Origin: Candidatus Kuenenia stuttgartensis
GTDB lineage: Bacteria; Planctomycetota; Brocadiia; Brocadiales; Brocadiaceae
NCBI RefSeq assembly: GCF_900232105.1
Contig: NZ_LT934425.1
Coordinates: 3,090,001-3,122,000, forward strand
DNA length: 32,000 bases
Direction: 5' to 3'
Below, piece by piece: positions 16,999-25,463 of this stretch; within the stretch, counting starts at the first letter, position 1; each line of letters begins with the position of its first letter. The position numbers and the translations under genes are program-made. The notes below the pieces were generated by a model. That model saw nothing but the letters and a program-made list of their open reading frames with translations, was not told the DNA's origin and did not search any database.

Positions 16999-18447
16999 TC
17001 AATGGGTTGTCTGGATAAAGAGCCTTTTCCAGTTATCCCGTCCGTCTATAATCTCTGCCCCGATTTGATATCTGTTTTGGCACATTCTTTTTGCAAACGC
17101 TACGCGGATGGAAAACTGGCCTGGTTTATGGTCATCGGTATTCAGAACCACCTTGCCCGAATATACATTACCAATTTTGGCCGCAAATTCAACTTCGCCC
17201 CGGAATCCCATTTTACTTATATCCTTTACTGTACACATCTTCCAATTGCTATCCGTTTCAATTTCAATGGACTGGGGCTGATGCAATCCGCTTACAATCT
17301 TTAAAGCGGTCATGTACCTGCTTGCTACCCTCTTTTCAGGTATGGCAACCTTTGCGTCCGTAGCTGCTGAAACGATCTTGTTGCGCCCGCTTTTTTTCCC
17401 CAAATAGAGAAACCTGTCTGCCGATGCAGTTACCTCTTCTACGTTATTCCCGTCCTCAGGATAGCAGGCAACGCCAGCCGTTATTGTCACTTTCTCTTTG
17501 TGTCCTCCTCCTACCTCTATAGCAAGTTTCTTTTCTATTGCTGACCTGAGTTTTTCGGCGCTTGCGACTGCCCCGGGTTTATTTGTTCCTGGCAGTAAAA
17601 TGATAAACTCTTCACCGCCGTACCGGGCAATAACATCACTCTGTCTCGCGTTCAGTTTTAAAACAGATGCCAGCTTTCTCAACACTTCATCGCCAAGCAA
17701 GTGGCCGTAAGTGTCATTAAAATATTTAAAATGATCGATATCCACCATGATTATTGAAAAGAATTCTCCACGCCTTTCCGCCTGGCGATATTCTCTCTGG
17801 CTGCTCTCGAGAAAGTATCTTCTGGTATATAGCGAAGTCAATTCGTCCACCATGGCAACCTTTTGCGCATGCTCATAATTACGCGCCCTATCTATGGCAA
17901 TTGCTACATTATGTGCTATAGCAACAAACAACATTTTGTCCGTATCCCTGAAGGCATTCTTCTCCTTCTTGTGAATGTTCAAGACTCCAATTACTTTGTC
18001 GTTATTTAATTTTAATGGTATGGAGATAAAAGACCCGATATCTGGTATCTTTCCCTTGTAAAAAAGAAATCGTGGGTCTTTATCTGTGTCAGGAATCAAT
18101 ATAGACTCACCGGTTTGGGCCACGAGACCGGAAATTCCTTCGCCTATTTTAAACGTTATACCCTTCGCCTCCCCAAAGCTGCAGTCATCCACTTTCCACA
18201 TTTTCAACTCATTACATTCATCATCTATCAGCATAAAGCAGAAATCTTCAATCCTTAAGGACTCCTTCAAGACATTTATAGTGTTGTGGAAAAGTTCATT
18301 CAACTGAAGTGAAACGTTTAAATTTTTACTGAGGCTGTATAGCAGGTAAAGTTCAAAGAGACGTTCCTTTAATGCCTCACTCTCCTTCTGTGCAAAGACA
18401 AAAAGGTCATACTCACTGCCAATCTGTGCTTTTTTGGGGGTATTCAT
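16999..18447 (-). CDS. GAF-GGDEF-PilZ protein (diguanylate cyclase with a C-terminal c-di-GMP-binding domain)
   Basis: The N-terminal half has a GAF-like pattern. The active site is RYGGEEFIILLPG. The C-terminus carries the PilZ motifs RVASR (RxxxR) and DISKMG (DxSxxG). Confidence 0.8.
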   Translation of the reverse strand: MNTPKKAQIGSEYDLFVFAQKESEALKERLFELYLLYSLSKNLNVSLQLNELFHNTINVLKESLRIEDFCFMLIDDECNELKMWKVDDCSFGEAKGITFKIGEGISGLVAQTGESILIPDTDKDPRFLFYKGKIPDIGSFISIPLKLNNDKVIGVLNIHKKEKNAFRDTDKMLFVAIAHNVAIAIDRARNYEHAQKVAMVDELTSLYTRRYFLESSQREYRQAERRGEFFSIIMVDIDHFKYFNDTYGHLLGDEVLRKLASVLKLNARQSDVIARYGGEEFIILLPGTNKPGAVASAEKLRSAIEKKLAIEVGGGHKEKVTITAGVACYPEDGNNVEEVTASADRFLYLGKKSGRNKIVSAATDAKVAIPEKRVASRYMTALKIVSGLHQPQSIEIETDSNWKMCTVKDISKMGFRGEVEFAAKIGNVYSGKVVLNTDDHKPGQFSIRVAFAKRMCQNRYQIGAEIIDGRDNWKRLFIQTTH

Positions 18448-18554
18448 CAGTATAACATTTTCCTCATATCCTTATCTTGATCGTGCAGGGATTTTCACCT
18501 GAAAATCTCCATTTGCGTAACAATTTAGTATTTTGAAAAATTCCAACAAATGTA

Positions 18555-18622
18555 GGGGGCGAAGCATTTTCTATAAATTGTCATAAATGCGTTTATACCC
18601 AAACGGGCAAATGCTTCGCCCC
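18555..18622. repeat. Palindromic dispersed repeat family A copy with its core inverted relative to the other two
   Basis: gggggcgaagcattttctataaattgtcataaatgcgtttatacccaaacgggcaaatgcttcgcccc is the reverse complement of the arrangement at 7833-7900 and 9893-9957. Confidence 0.8.
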
Positions 18623-18653
18623 TACTTTTATGTTAAATTATCCGACTCTTTTA

Positions 18654-19487
18654 TCATGCCTCACCTAAGAAAAATAGTTTGCGGCGAATGTGCTTTAAAC
18701 AGGGAAGATGTTTTCTCACTTCGCCAAGAAACGCAAAATCAATTTCGCAAACAATAACGTCTTCCATGTCCTGGCATTGCGCCATAATACGTCCCCACGG
18801 GTCAATGATCATCGTTCTGCCGTAACTGATGCGCTCATCGTTATGCCGTCCGTATTGGGCGGGCGCTACCACATAACACTGGTTTTCGATGGCGCGCGCC
18901 CGCAAGAGAACTTCCCAATGATCCTTTCCTGTTTCCATTGTAAATGCGGACGGCGCAAACAAGACTTCCATTCCACGCAGCATCAGCTTGCGAAAAAGCT
19001 CCGGGAAACGTAAATCATAGCAAATACACAGCCCCATGATATGCCCGAAAAGTTTTACCGTTTCAATATGTTTCCCATGTTTCACATAATGAGATTCCCT
19101 GTAAACAGTCTTGTCATCAAGGTGAAAATCAAACAGATGAATTTTATCATAACTCCCTATTATCACACCAGATTGATCAAAAACCAGGCAGGTGTTCGTA
19201 ACTTTTGCTTTGCTTGATGATCTGAGCGGAACACTCCCGCCAATAATCGCTACACTATGTTTCATTGAAAATTTTTTGAGAAAATGAACAATTTCCCCGG
19301 TTTCTCTCTCTTCCGCGAATGTTATGTTTTCTCTTTCCTGTCCGATAAACGAAAAATTTTCAGGGAGCGCAATCAACCTGGCACCCTTTTGCACTGCCTT
19401 TTCCATAAGTACACGTGCTGTGTTCAGGTTCTTATTACGGTCATGTACAGAGCACATTTGAATTGCGGCAATCGACAATATTTCCAT
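18654..19487 (-). CDS. Carbon-nitrogen hydrolase family protein (nitrilase/omega-amidase-like)
   Basis: It has LIALPENFSF (catalytic Glu region), HYVKHGKH..LF and CICYDLRFPELFR (catalytic Cys). Confidence 0.85.
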   Translation of the reverse strand: MEILSIAAIQMCSVHDRNKNLNTARVLMEKAVQKGARLIALPENFSFIGQERENITFAEERETGEIVHFLKKFSMKHSVAIIGGSVPLRSSSKAKVTNTCLVFDQSGVIIGSYDKIHLFDFHLDDKTVYRESHYVKHGKHIETVKLFGHIMGLCICYDLRFPELFRKLMLRGMEVLFAPSAFTMETGKDHWEVLLRARAIENQCYVVAPAQYGRHNDERISYGRTMIIDPWGRIMAQCQDMEDVIVCEIDFAFLGEVRKHLPCLKHIRRKLFFLGEA

Positions 19488-19908
19488 AGTAATTGATTTG
19501 CTCTACTTAAGTGTTCATATATACTCAAGGGGTCCACAAAGTGTGATTTTAAAAATGCTATAACTATTTATGTCAACAAAAGTTAAATCTAGTCCTGGAA
19601 ATCCCTATTTGTGAACTCTCACAGTATGGTTTGCCTTATACTGCTTTTTACAACCGACAAGAGAATATCACGCAATGAATTGGTAAGGCAAGGATATTCC
19701 CTGATGGCTTTGTTGCGCATAATCTCATCCTATCGCCTTATTTTTCTATAGACAAGTTGTTTTTTTTAATGGAAGAATATTGTATACAGTTTTATTTTGG
19801 AAGATGTGTTAATTCCTGTTACATTATACCCGATACCTGTTTAAAGAAAATGTTCTGCGGCATAATAAAATACGGCAGAAAATACGATAATTTTTGTATC
19901 GGGTAAAT

Positions 19909-20727
19909 ATGACAAGAAATTTTACCGGAAATTGGTTTGGTAAAGACGATCATTCACGTTGCATAATTTCACCTGTTGATTGTTTAAGCAACGGGCAACC
20001 CGACCTGCGAAAATCCGCAAAAATTGGCGAATGTTTGGTGATGTTTGAAACGAATGCTGGCATCCCTTATGTAAAAAGGCGATTGAAAGCCAAGAAAAAT
20101 GTTTTTACACTGCCGGGTTTTATTCCTCATCCTGATGTATATAGTGTCGAAGGGAAAAATACTGTTTCTTTTATACAAGGCGGATTTGGCGCTCCTGCCT
20201 CCGTATGTACTTTTGAAATAGCGGTAGCGTTGGGGTGTAAATGTCTTTTCGTGTTTGGATTGTGTGGCGGAATAGGAAAAAATCTGGAAGTGGGCGATAT
20301 TGTAATTCCGACAGAAATTATCAGAGAAGAAGGCACCTCTTACCATTATGCATCGGCAGAAACAAACGCATTACCCGATAAAGACCTGCTGGATGAGTTG
20401 AAAGATTATCTTTGCCAAACCGGGGAAAATAGTGTTATGTATGGCAAAACAGTCAGCACTGACGCAGTATTCAGACAGACAAAGGCCAAAGAACTCTTCT
20501 GGAGAAAAAATGGCATTATTGGAGTGGATATGGAAACCTCCGCATTGCTAACTGTAGCCGGATTCCACAAAATACCTGCAATAGGCATGCTTATTGTGTC
20601 TGATAAACATAATCTGGAAAACGACGCACCCTGGAAATGGGGAGGAAATGGTTTTGCAAAAAACCAGTGTAAGGCAATTAATTTATTAGTTGAGTTTGCA
20701 AGGAATACCACACGTTTATCAAATTAG
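19909..20727 (+). CDS. Nucleoside phosphorylase family (PNP/UDP_1 fold) protein
   Basis: Matches are GFGAPASVCTFEIAVALGCKCLFVFGLCGGIG, EVGDIVIPTEIIREEGTSYHY and GVDMETSALLTVA. ATG 19909 is preferred over TTG 19894. Confidence 0.75.
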   Translation: MTRNFTGNWFGKDDHSRCIISPVDCLSNGQPDLRKSAKIGECLVMFETNAGIPYVKRRLKAKKNVFTLPGFIPHPDVYSVEGKNTVSFIQGGFGAPASVCTFEIAVALGCKCLFVFGLCGGIGKNLEVGDIVIPTEIIREEGTSYHYASAETNALPDKDLLDELKDYLCQTGENSVMYGKTVSTDAVFRQTKAKELFWRKNGIIGVDMETSALLTVAGFHKIPAIGMLIVSDKHNLENDAPWKWGGNGFAKNQCKAINLLVEFARNTTRLSN

Positions 20728-20861
20728 GCTGGGTTTTTAAAAGACGAAAACTCAACGGCATTCATTTTTATCCACCTCTCAACCCTCCCCGCAAGAGAGG
20801 AATTTTATAAGTCCCCTCTTGGGAGGGGCAGGGAGGGGTTTGTTCATTACGATAACTTTCT

Positions 20862-21419
20862 ATGAAAGATATAGAGTCCCGCTATAAACGTGAAAACAAT
20901 TCCTATCTCATCGAGATAAAATTAAAAGATATACGTCAGTTATTCAATACGTTTGACCCCGCTCCCTTTAGAGAGAAAGACATGGATGATGACGCGGAAG
21001 AATATATTGTTGCTTCCGTTAGAGAATTTCCTCTCGATACACTGCTTAAATTAGTTATTTATTTGCCTGAGAATTCCAGAGAAGAAGCGATACCGTTCAT
21101 ACCGGATGCAATTCGTAGTTATTTTAACTACCGGTTCAATACTTCTAACGAGGAGTTGAGCTTTATACTTAAAAAGGGACGTATTTCATTGTTAATCGGT
21201 ATTTTGTTTTTGTTTTTTTGTATCAGCACTGGAGCGGTTATTGACCGTATAGGAGATGGGATGCTGGCGCAAATTATTAAGGAAGGATTGCTCATTAGCG
21301 GCTGGGTAGCCATGTGGCGTCCTATTCAAATATTTTTATATGATTGGTGGCCCATACGATACATGAGCAAGTTATATGATAAAATCAGTAAAATGCCGAT
21401 TGAAATAAGATCCCTCTGA
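20862..21419 (+). CDS. Hypothetical two-TM membrane protein
   Basis: The 185-aa ORF has a soluble N-terminal 110 aa (LFNTFDPAPFREKDMDDDAEEYIV). Hydrophobic helices follow at LLIGILFLFFCISTGAVI and LLISGWVAMWRPIQIFLY. Confidence 0.55.
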   Translation: MKDIESRYKRENNSYLIEIKLKDIRQLFNTFDPAPFREKDMDDDAEEYIVASVREFPLDTLLKLVIYLPENSREEAIPFIPDAIRSYFNYRFNTSNEELSFILKKGRISLLIGILFLFFCISTGAVIDRIGDGMLAQIIKEGLLISGWVAMWRPIQIFLYDWWPIRYMSKLYDKISKMPIEIRSL

Positions 21420-21533
21420 AACCGCAACTTGTGCGTTTCGGCGGGGGTGAATATCCGTTAAAAAAAATAGCAGTATAGTAGAAAGCCTTTTCAAAAGATA
21501 ATTTTTTACACTTTATCGCAGGGAGTAGAAGAG

Positions 21534-22730
21534 ATGTCTTTTCTAGAAACAAATGATGCACAAGGAGATAGTACTTCGGGGAATAGGGCGCCGGAGCCGA
21601 AAGAAAATTGTGACCATGAAAGAATACACGATAAAATAATGGACACTTTATTACAAACCCCAAAGGCGGATGAGGAAAAAGGTGAAAAGGAGACAGTAGA
21701 AATCGGGAAAGACGAAACAATTCCGCATGAAGAAACAAAAAATGACAGAGAGGTAGTTCAGGCGCAAGCAGAAAGTGCTCTGGCGTATGTGGAACAAAAT
21801 GAAGATCCTATGATTGAAGAGTTTGTTGAAAAGGCAAAAGAAGCGATACCAAACATGGGCGAAAAAGCCAAACACCTCCATACCACGCCAAATGACATAG
21901 AAAAACTCATCGAACAAAGGGAATATCTGGAAAGCCTCCTCAAGGAAAAATTTACCAAACGCATGACGGTAATGTTTACCGACCTGAAAGGTTCGACTGC
22001 CATTGCGGATGCGGAAGGTGATATCGCAAGCCGTACTATTATGAAACAACACAATGACGTCCTTTTCCCTATTATCAAAAAACATGACGGCATACTGGTA
22101 AAGACGATGGGAGACGGTACGTTGTCTTATTTTGAAGATGCACAGAAGGCGCTTCGCGCTGCAGTCGAAGCGCAAATAGGTTTTGACAGGTACAATATAG
22201 AAAAGAAACCCAAAACCCTCCTTCTCGTTACCATGGGTTTGCATACCGGAGATGGCGTAGTGGAAGAAAATGACATTTTCGGGGACGTGGTAAATGTTGC
22301 ATCGAGAATTGAATCGGCATCCAATCCGGGAGAGATATACCTTTCTGAAGACACATACAACTCGCTGACAAATAAGTCCGAAATATATATCCGATTTATA
22401 AAATCCACTACGTTAAAAGGCAAAAAGGGAGAATTCAGACTTTACAAAGCCTTCTGGGATGAAAAAGAAATCGAATTGGATAAATTCGATACAAAGGAAG
22501 AAGAGATTGTTGTTAAAAAACGTTTCCCCTTCGTAAAGGTATCGATGATGGTTTCAATACCGCTCATGATCTCTTATTTGCTCATGCTGGGCGGAGTCAT
22601 ACCCAACCCGTTTATAGCATTAACCGCATCAAAAACAGAACTGCGCTCACTTTCAACAGATATTTCCGATGAATACATAAAAAAGACATCAGAACACACC
22701 GTTACTATCATCTTTGATAACGAAGAATGA
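21534..22730 (+). CDS. Class III adenylate/guanylate cyclase with an acidic N-terminal region and a C-terminal TM segment
   Basis: The cyclase homology domain reads MTVMFTDLKGSTAIAD..VKTMGDGTLSYF..GLHTGDGVVEENDIFGDVVNVASRIES. The hydrophobic segment VSMMVSIPLMISYLLMLGGVI lies near the C-terminus. Confidence 0.8.
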   Translation: MSFLETNDAQGDSTSGNRAPEPKENCDHERIHDKIMDTLLQTPKADEEKGEKETVEIGKDETIPHEETKNDREVVQAQAESALAYVEQNEDPMIEEFVEKAKEAIPNMGEKAKHLHTTPNDIEKLIEQREYLESLLKEKFTKRMTVMFTDLKGSTAIADAEGDIASRTIMKQHNDVLFPIIKKHDGILVKTMGDGTLSYFEDAQKALRAAVEAQIGFDRYNIEKKPKTLLLVTMGLHTGDGVVEENDIFGDVVNVASRIESASNPGEIYLSEDTYNSLTNKSEIYIRFIKSTTLKGKKGEFRLYKAFWDEKEIELDKFDTKEEEIVVKKRFPFVKVSMMVSIPLMISYLLMLGGVIPNPFIALTASKTELRSLSTDISDEYIKKTSEHTVTIIFDNEE

Positions 22731-22737
22731 CTTCAGC

Positions 22738-22780
22738 GGCATAGCCAGAGCCAAACAAGCGCAAAACGCAAAATATGAAG
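22738..22780. repeat. Partial copy of repeat family B (reverse orientation)
   Basis: ggcatagccagagccaaacaagcgcaaaacgcaaaat is the reverse complement of the ..cttgtttggctctggctatgcc arm. Confidence 0.6.
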
Positions 22781-23022
22781 GGTGAAAATCAGTAGAGTAG
22801 AAACAGATGACGAGGACTTAACAAAACGCTAAATCATTCTGCTATTTACCGTTATATAATCATTGACAACTTTTTTATTCTGGGTAGCATAATAGCGTTA
22901 AAAAAGATTGTAACAGCACAATAAAAATAATAAGAGAGATTCATACTCATCTTTTTTGTATGAAAATAATATTCGTATAGTAAAAATAACGTATTTTGAT
23001 CCTTAATAAATAAGGAGATATT

Positions 23023-23405
23023 ATGATTATTCCTGAAATTAAAAAAATGTCTACCGTTGAACATTTACAGGCGATGGAAGAATTATGGGATGCCTTGTGC
23101 CATGAAGAACTTGGCGCGGCCTTTGGCCGCAACCAAATTCAAAATACGAATATCGAAATACGAAACAAATTCAAATGACAAAAAACCCAATGCTCCAAAC
23201 TTTACGTAATCCTCATCTAATCAATGCCTTACGGTTATGCATTTTGAAAAACGAGCATAAAAAACAAGAAGTTGATGGATAGTAGTACGAAATCGAATCT
23301 CCTGCATGGCATGAAGAAATTCTTGACAAAAGGAAAAAGAAAATTGAGAGTGGCAAAGCAGAATTCATTTCTATTGAAGAATTAAAAACAAAAACACGTC
23401 AATGA
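23023..23405 (+). pseudogene. Type II antitoxin ('putative addiction module component' family) interrupted by an insertion of about 180 bp
   Basis: ATG 23023 follows AAGGAGA and gives MIIPEIKKMSTVEHLQAMEELWDALCHEE. The conserved continuation EIESPAWHEEILDKRKKKIESGKAEFISIEELK resumes at 23289 in another frame. Its stop overlaps the toxin ATG (ATGA at 23402-23405). Confidence 0.65.
23110..23288. repeat. Inserted segment carrying the repeat family B core
   Basis: Bases 23136-23176 (aattcaaaatacgaatatcgaaatacgaaacaaattcaaat) are the reverse complement of the tttgtttcgtatttcg...cgtatttt core. The boundaries are approximate. No terminal repeats or target duplication were recognised. Confidence 0.5.
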
Positions 23406-23877
23406 ATGTAAAGAAAGTGCTTGTCTTAAAAGAAGCGGCAATGGATTTAGAAGAAGGAAGGCTTTTTTATGATAGAAAAGAGAAAGGGATAGGTGATTAT
23501 TTTTTTAATTGTTTAAAGGGGAGCATCCACTTGACTGTCCCATCCAAATTGTAACCACTTGATAAATAATTAGTTAAGGTACTTTAGGCTGATTGCTCAA
23601 TTATTTCCGTTAAGTTATATATACTCAATATATTAAGAAATTTTTATGACAGTCAAGTGGATACCCCCTTTGTTTAATTTCTGATCTTGAATCTATCAAA
23701 CTTTATGCAGGAGTGCATAGTAAGCGTTTTGGCTTTTATCGAATGCTTTCAAAGAGATTTCCGTTTGCCATTTACTATGAAATAGATAAAGAAATCGCTC
23801 GTGTTATAGCTATTTTGGACATGAGGCGCAACCCTGCCTGGATTCGTGGAAAACTTTCAGTAAGAAAAATTACATAG
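23402..23877 (+). pseudogene. ParE/RelE-family toxin interrupted by a 153-bp MITE
   Basis: The 5' part reads MNVKKVLVLKEAAMDLEEGRLFYDRKEKGIGDYFFNCL. The 3' part reads ISDLESIKLYAGVHSKRFGFYRMLSKRFPFAIYYEIDKEIARVIAILDMRRNP. Deleting 23517-23677 restores one open frame. Confidence 0.75.
23517..23669. mobile_element. MITE with about 22-bp terminal inverted repeats and an 8-bp target duplication
   Basis: The left end is aggggagcatccacttgactgtc. The right end is gacagtcaagtggataccccct. The direct repeat TTGTTTAA lies at 23509-23516 and 23670-23677. The element is non-coding and AT-rich inside. Confidence 0.8.
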
Positions 23878-24062
23878 TCAATTTTTACAAAAGATATAAA
23901 GACTTTATAAAAATTAATATGAAAGGTATTTTAGTTTTACTCACGTTTTACTTAACCAACGGTAAGTATAGATAAATGAATGGTTGCAGGCATAGCAATA
24001 TTCCCCACTTTCCTTAATTAATACTTAGAAAATTAAAACCCTGCTTCGTCTTTTTTTTACCC

Positions 24063-25271
24063 ATGACTGATTTTGAAACTATTAAGCAAATACTCCAAGA
24101 GGTCACTTTGGCAATATCAAATAGAGTTAATGATTCCACCGATTTATGGGATGCTTATTTCGATTGTAACAAGGAAGGTCTCTTTAAAGAACTCGACATG
24201 GCAATCTTGGATTGCAAAGAATTAAAGATATTCGAAGATGCCAGTCTCTGTGTGGGTGATATTATTATTTTTTTCAATTTTGAACGTTTACGTGAGTGGT
24301 TGGTAATTCATTCGATGAAAACAGATACAAACAAATCTATTTCTGCTATCCAACGACTTTTACTCGGAGAACCCTTTTTTGCTACGGCAGTGCTAGCATT
24401 GGCTAGAGTATCACTCCCAAAAACAATTCAGCTTGGGAATAATGTCACCTTATGTGAGTTTTCTTCCAATGAATTTCTCAATCAATCTAAAGACGAAAAT
24501 ATTGAGCACCATGAGATTGACGTTCATCATATTAGTGCCGCAATCACTGTTGAATTCGAGCATCCGGTACATTTGGGACCACGCGGGCATTATAGACCTT
24601 CTATTTATATGGGCATGGTAGATGAATTTTTTTATGCGCTGCAAAAAGCCTATCGCGCCTTGTTGATTCTTGGCATTGTTCGACCACAACCACCTGCATT
24701 GGTTGGTCACGCGATCTTTGTTCCTTTGGATTTTCCCGGGGCATATAGCAAAAACCTTCACCATTCGGTAAAAATTGATTCATACTGGCCTCGACTTGAA
24801 TTTAACGATGATGAGTGCTCTTTGGCAAAGTCCCTCTTTGAGTCTTTTGAAAATCTTAGTCCAAATCTTAGGGACTCGCTCTTTATACCAATGAGTCGGT
24901 TAAGATCAGCAATGACCGAGTTCAAAGACTTTGCAGATGCTGCTATTGACTTGGGCATTGCTCTTGAATCAATATTGATAAAATCTGACGAATCTACAGA
25001 AATTACTTATCGAATATCCATGAGAGGTGCACGTTTATTGGGTAAGACACTTGATGAACGACTCGATCTCAAAAAAAAACTAACTAAAATTTATGGAATG
25101 CGATCTAAGGCTGCTCATCGCGGTATAGTGCAATCAAAGTCTATAGATAAGGAAGTATTACTTTTAAGGGAAGGATTTAATCTAACGGCAAAAGCAATTC
25201 AAATTGTACTCACCAATAAACTTTATACCGACAAAGACCTTGATTCACTCTTATTACAATCAGAATCTTAA
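24063..25271 (+). CDS. Hypothetical 402-aa protein with a C-terminal HEPN-like domain (Rx4H)
   Basis: The C-terminal 110 aa read AAIDLGIALESILIKSDESTEITYRISMRGARLLGKTL..LTKIYGMRSKAAHRG. The R347-x4-H352 motif is at nt 25101-25118. The N-terminal 280 aa were not recognised. Confidence 0.6.
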   Translation: MTDFETIKQILQEVTLAISNRVNDSTDLWDAYFDCNKEGLFKELDMAILDCKELKIFEDASLCVGDIIIFFNFERLREWLVIHSMKTDTNKSISAIQRLLLGEPFFATAVLALARVSLPKTIQLGNNVTLCEFSSNEFLNQSKDENIEHHEIDVHHISAAITVEFEHPVHLGPRGHYRPSIYMGMVDEFFYALQKAYRALLILGIVRPQPPALVGHAIFVPLDFPGAYSKNLHHSVKIDSYWPRLEFNDDECSLAKSLFESFENLSPNLRDSLFIPMSRLRSAMTEFKDFADAAIDLGIALESILIKSDESTEITYRISMRGARLLGKTLDERLDLKKKLTKIYGMRSKAAHRGIVQSKSIDKEVLLLREGFNLTAKAIQIVLTNKLYTDKDLDSLLLQSES

Positions 25272-25463
25272 TACAGGAATAGTGAATATTTTCTATATCT
25301 ATTACACTATGATAATTAATAAAATGTTCATTATCTGGATTTATTATGTACTTCTGCCTATATAAAAATTGTTTTAAATTTTTTTATTCTTTTAATGGCA
25401 ATACATTAAACTTTTATATTTATTCTCAATGTTTTTACAAAAGATGTATTATTAAAATTCAAT

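Noticed and set aside
19909-20727. Nucleoside phosphorylase-family gene as a defence effector (for example Detocs-like).
   Set aside because: There are no adjacent histidine kinase or receiver genes. It is a stand-alone enzyme with ordinary composition, so it is most simply a metabolic gene.
21651-22244. Long antisense or alternative-frame ORFs: 21651..22244, 21758..22093, 1374..1863, 2392..2919, 13394..13855, 17002..17363, 19984..20346, 24450..24958, 27631..28528.
   Set aside because: Each lies opposite or overlapping a gene with clear family motifs, has low-complexity or odd composition, and lacks an RBS. They are shadow ORFs.
20862-22730. Pycsar- or CBASS-like defence operon (a cyclase plus a TM effector).
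   Set aside because: The 185-aa TM protein has no room or motif for a cyclic-nucleotide-binding domain and lies upstream rather than downstream. The composition matches the core genome. It is kept only as a low-priority check.
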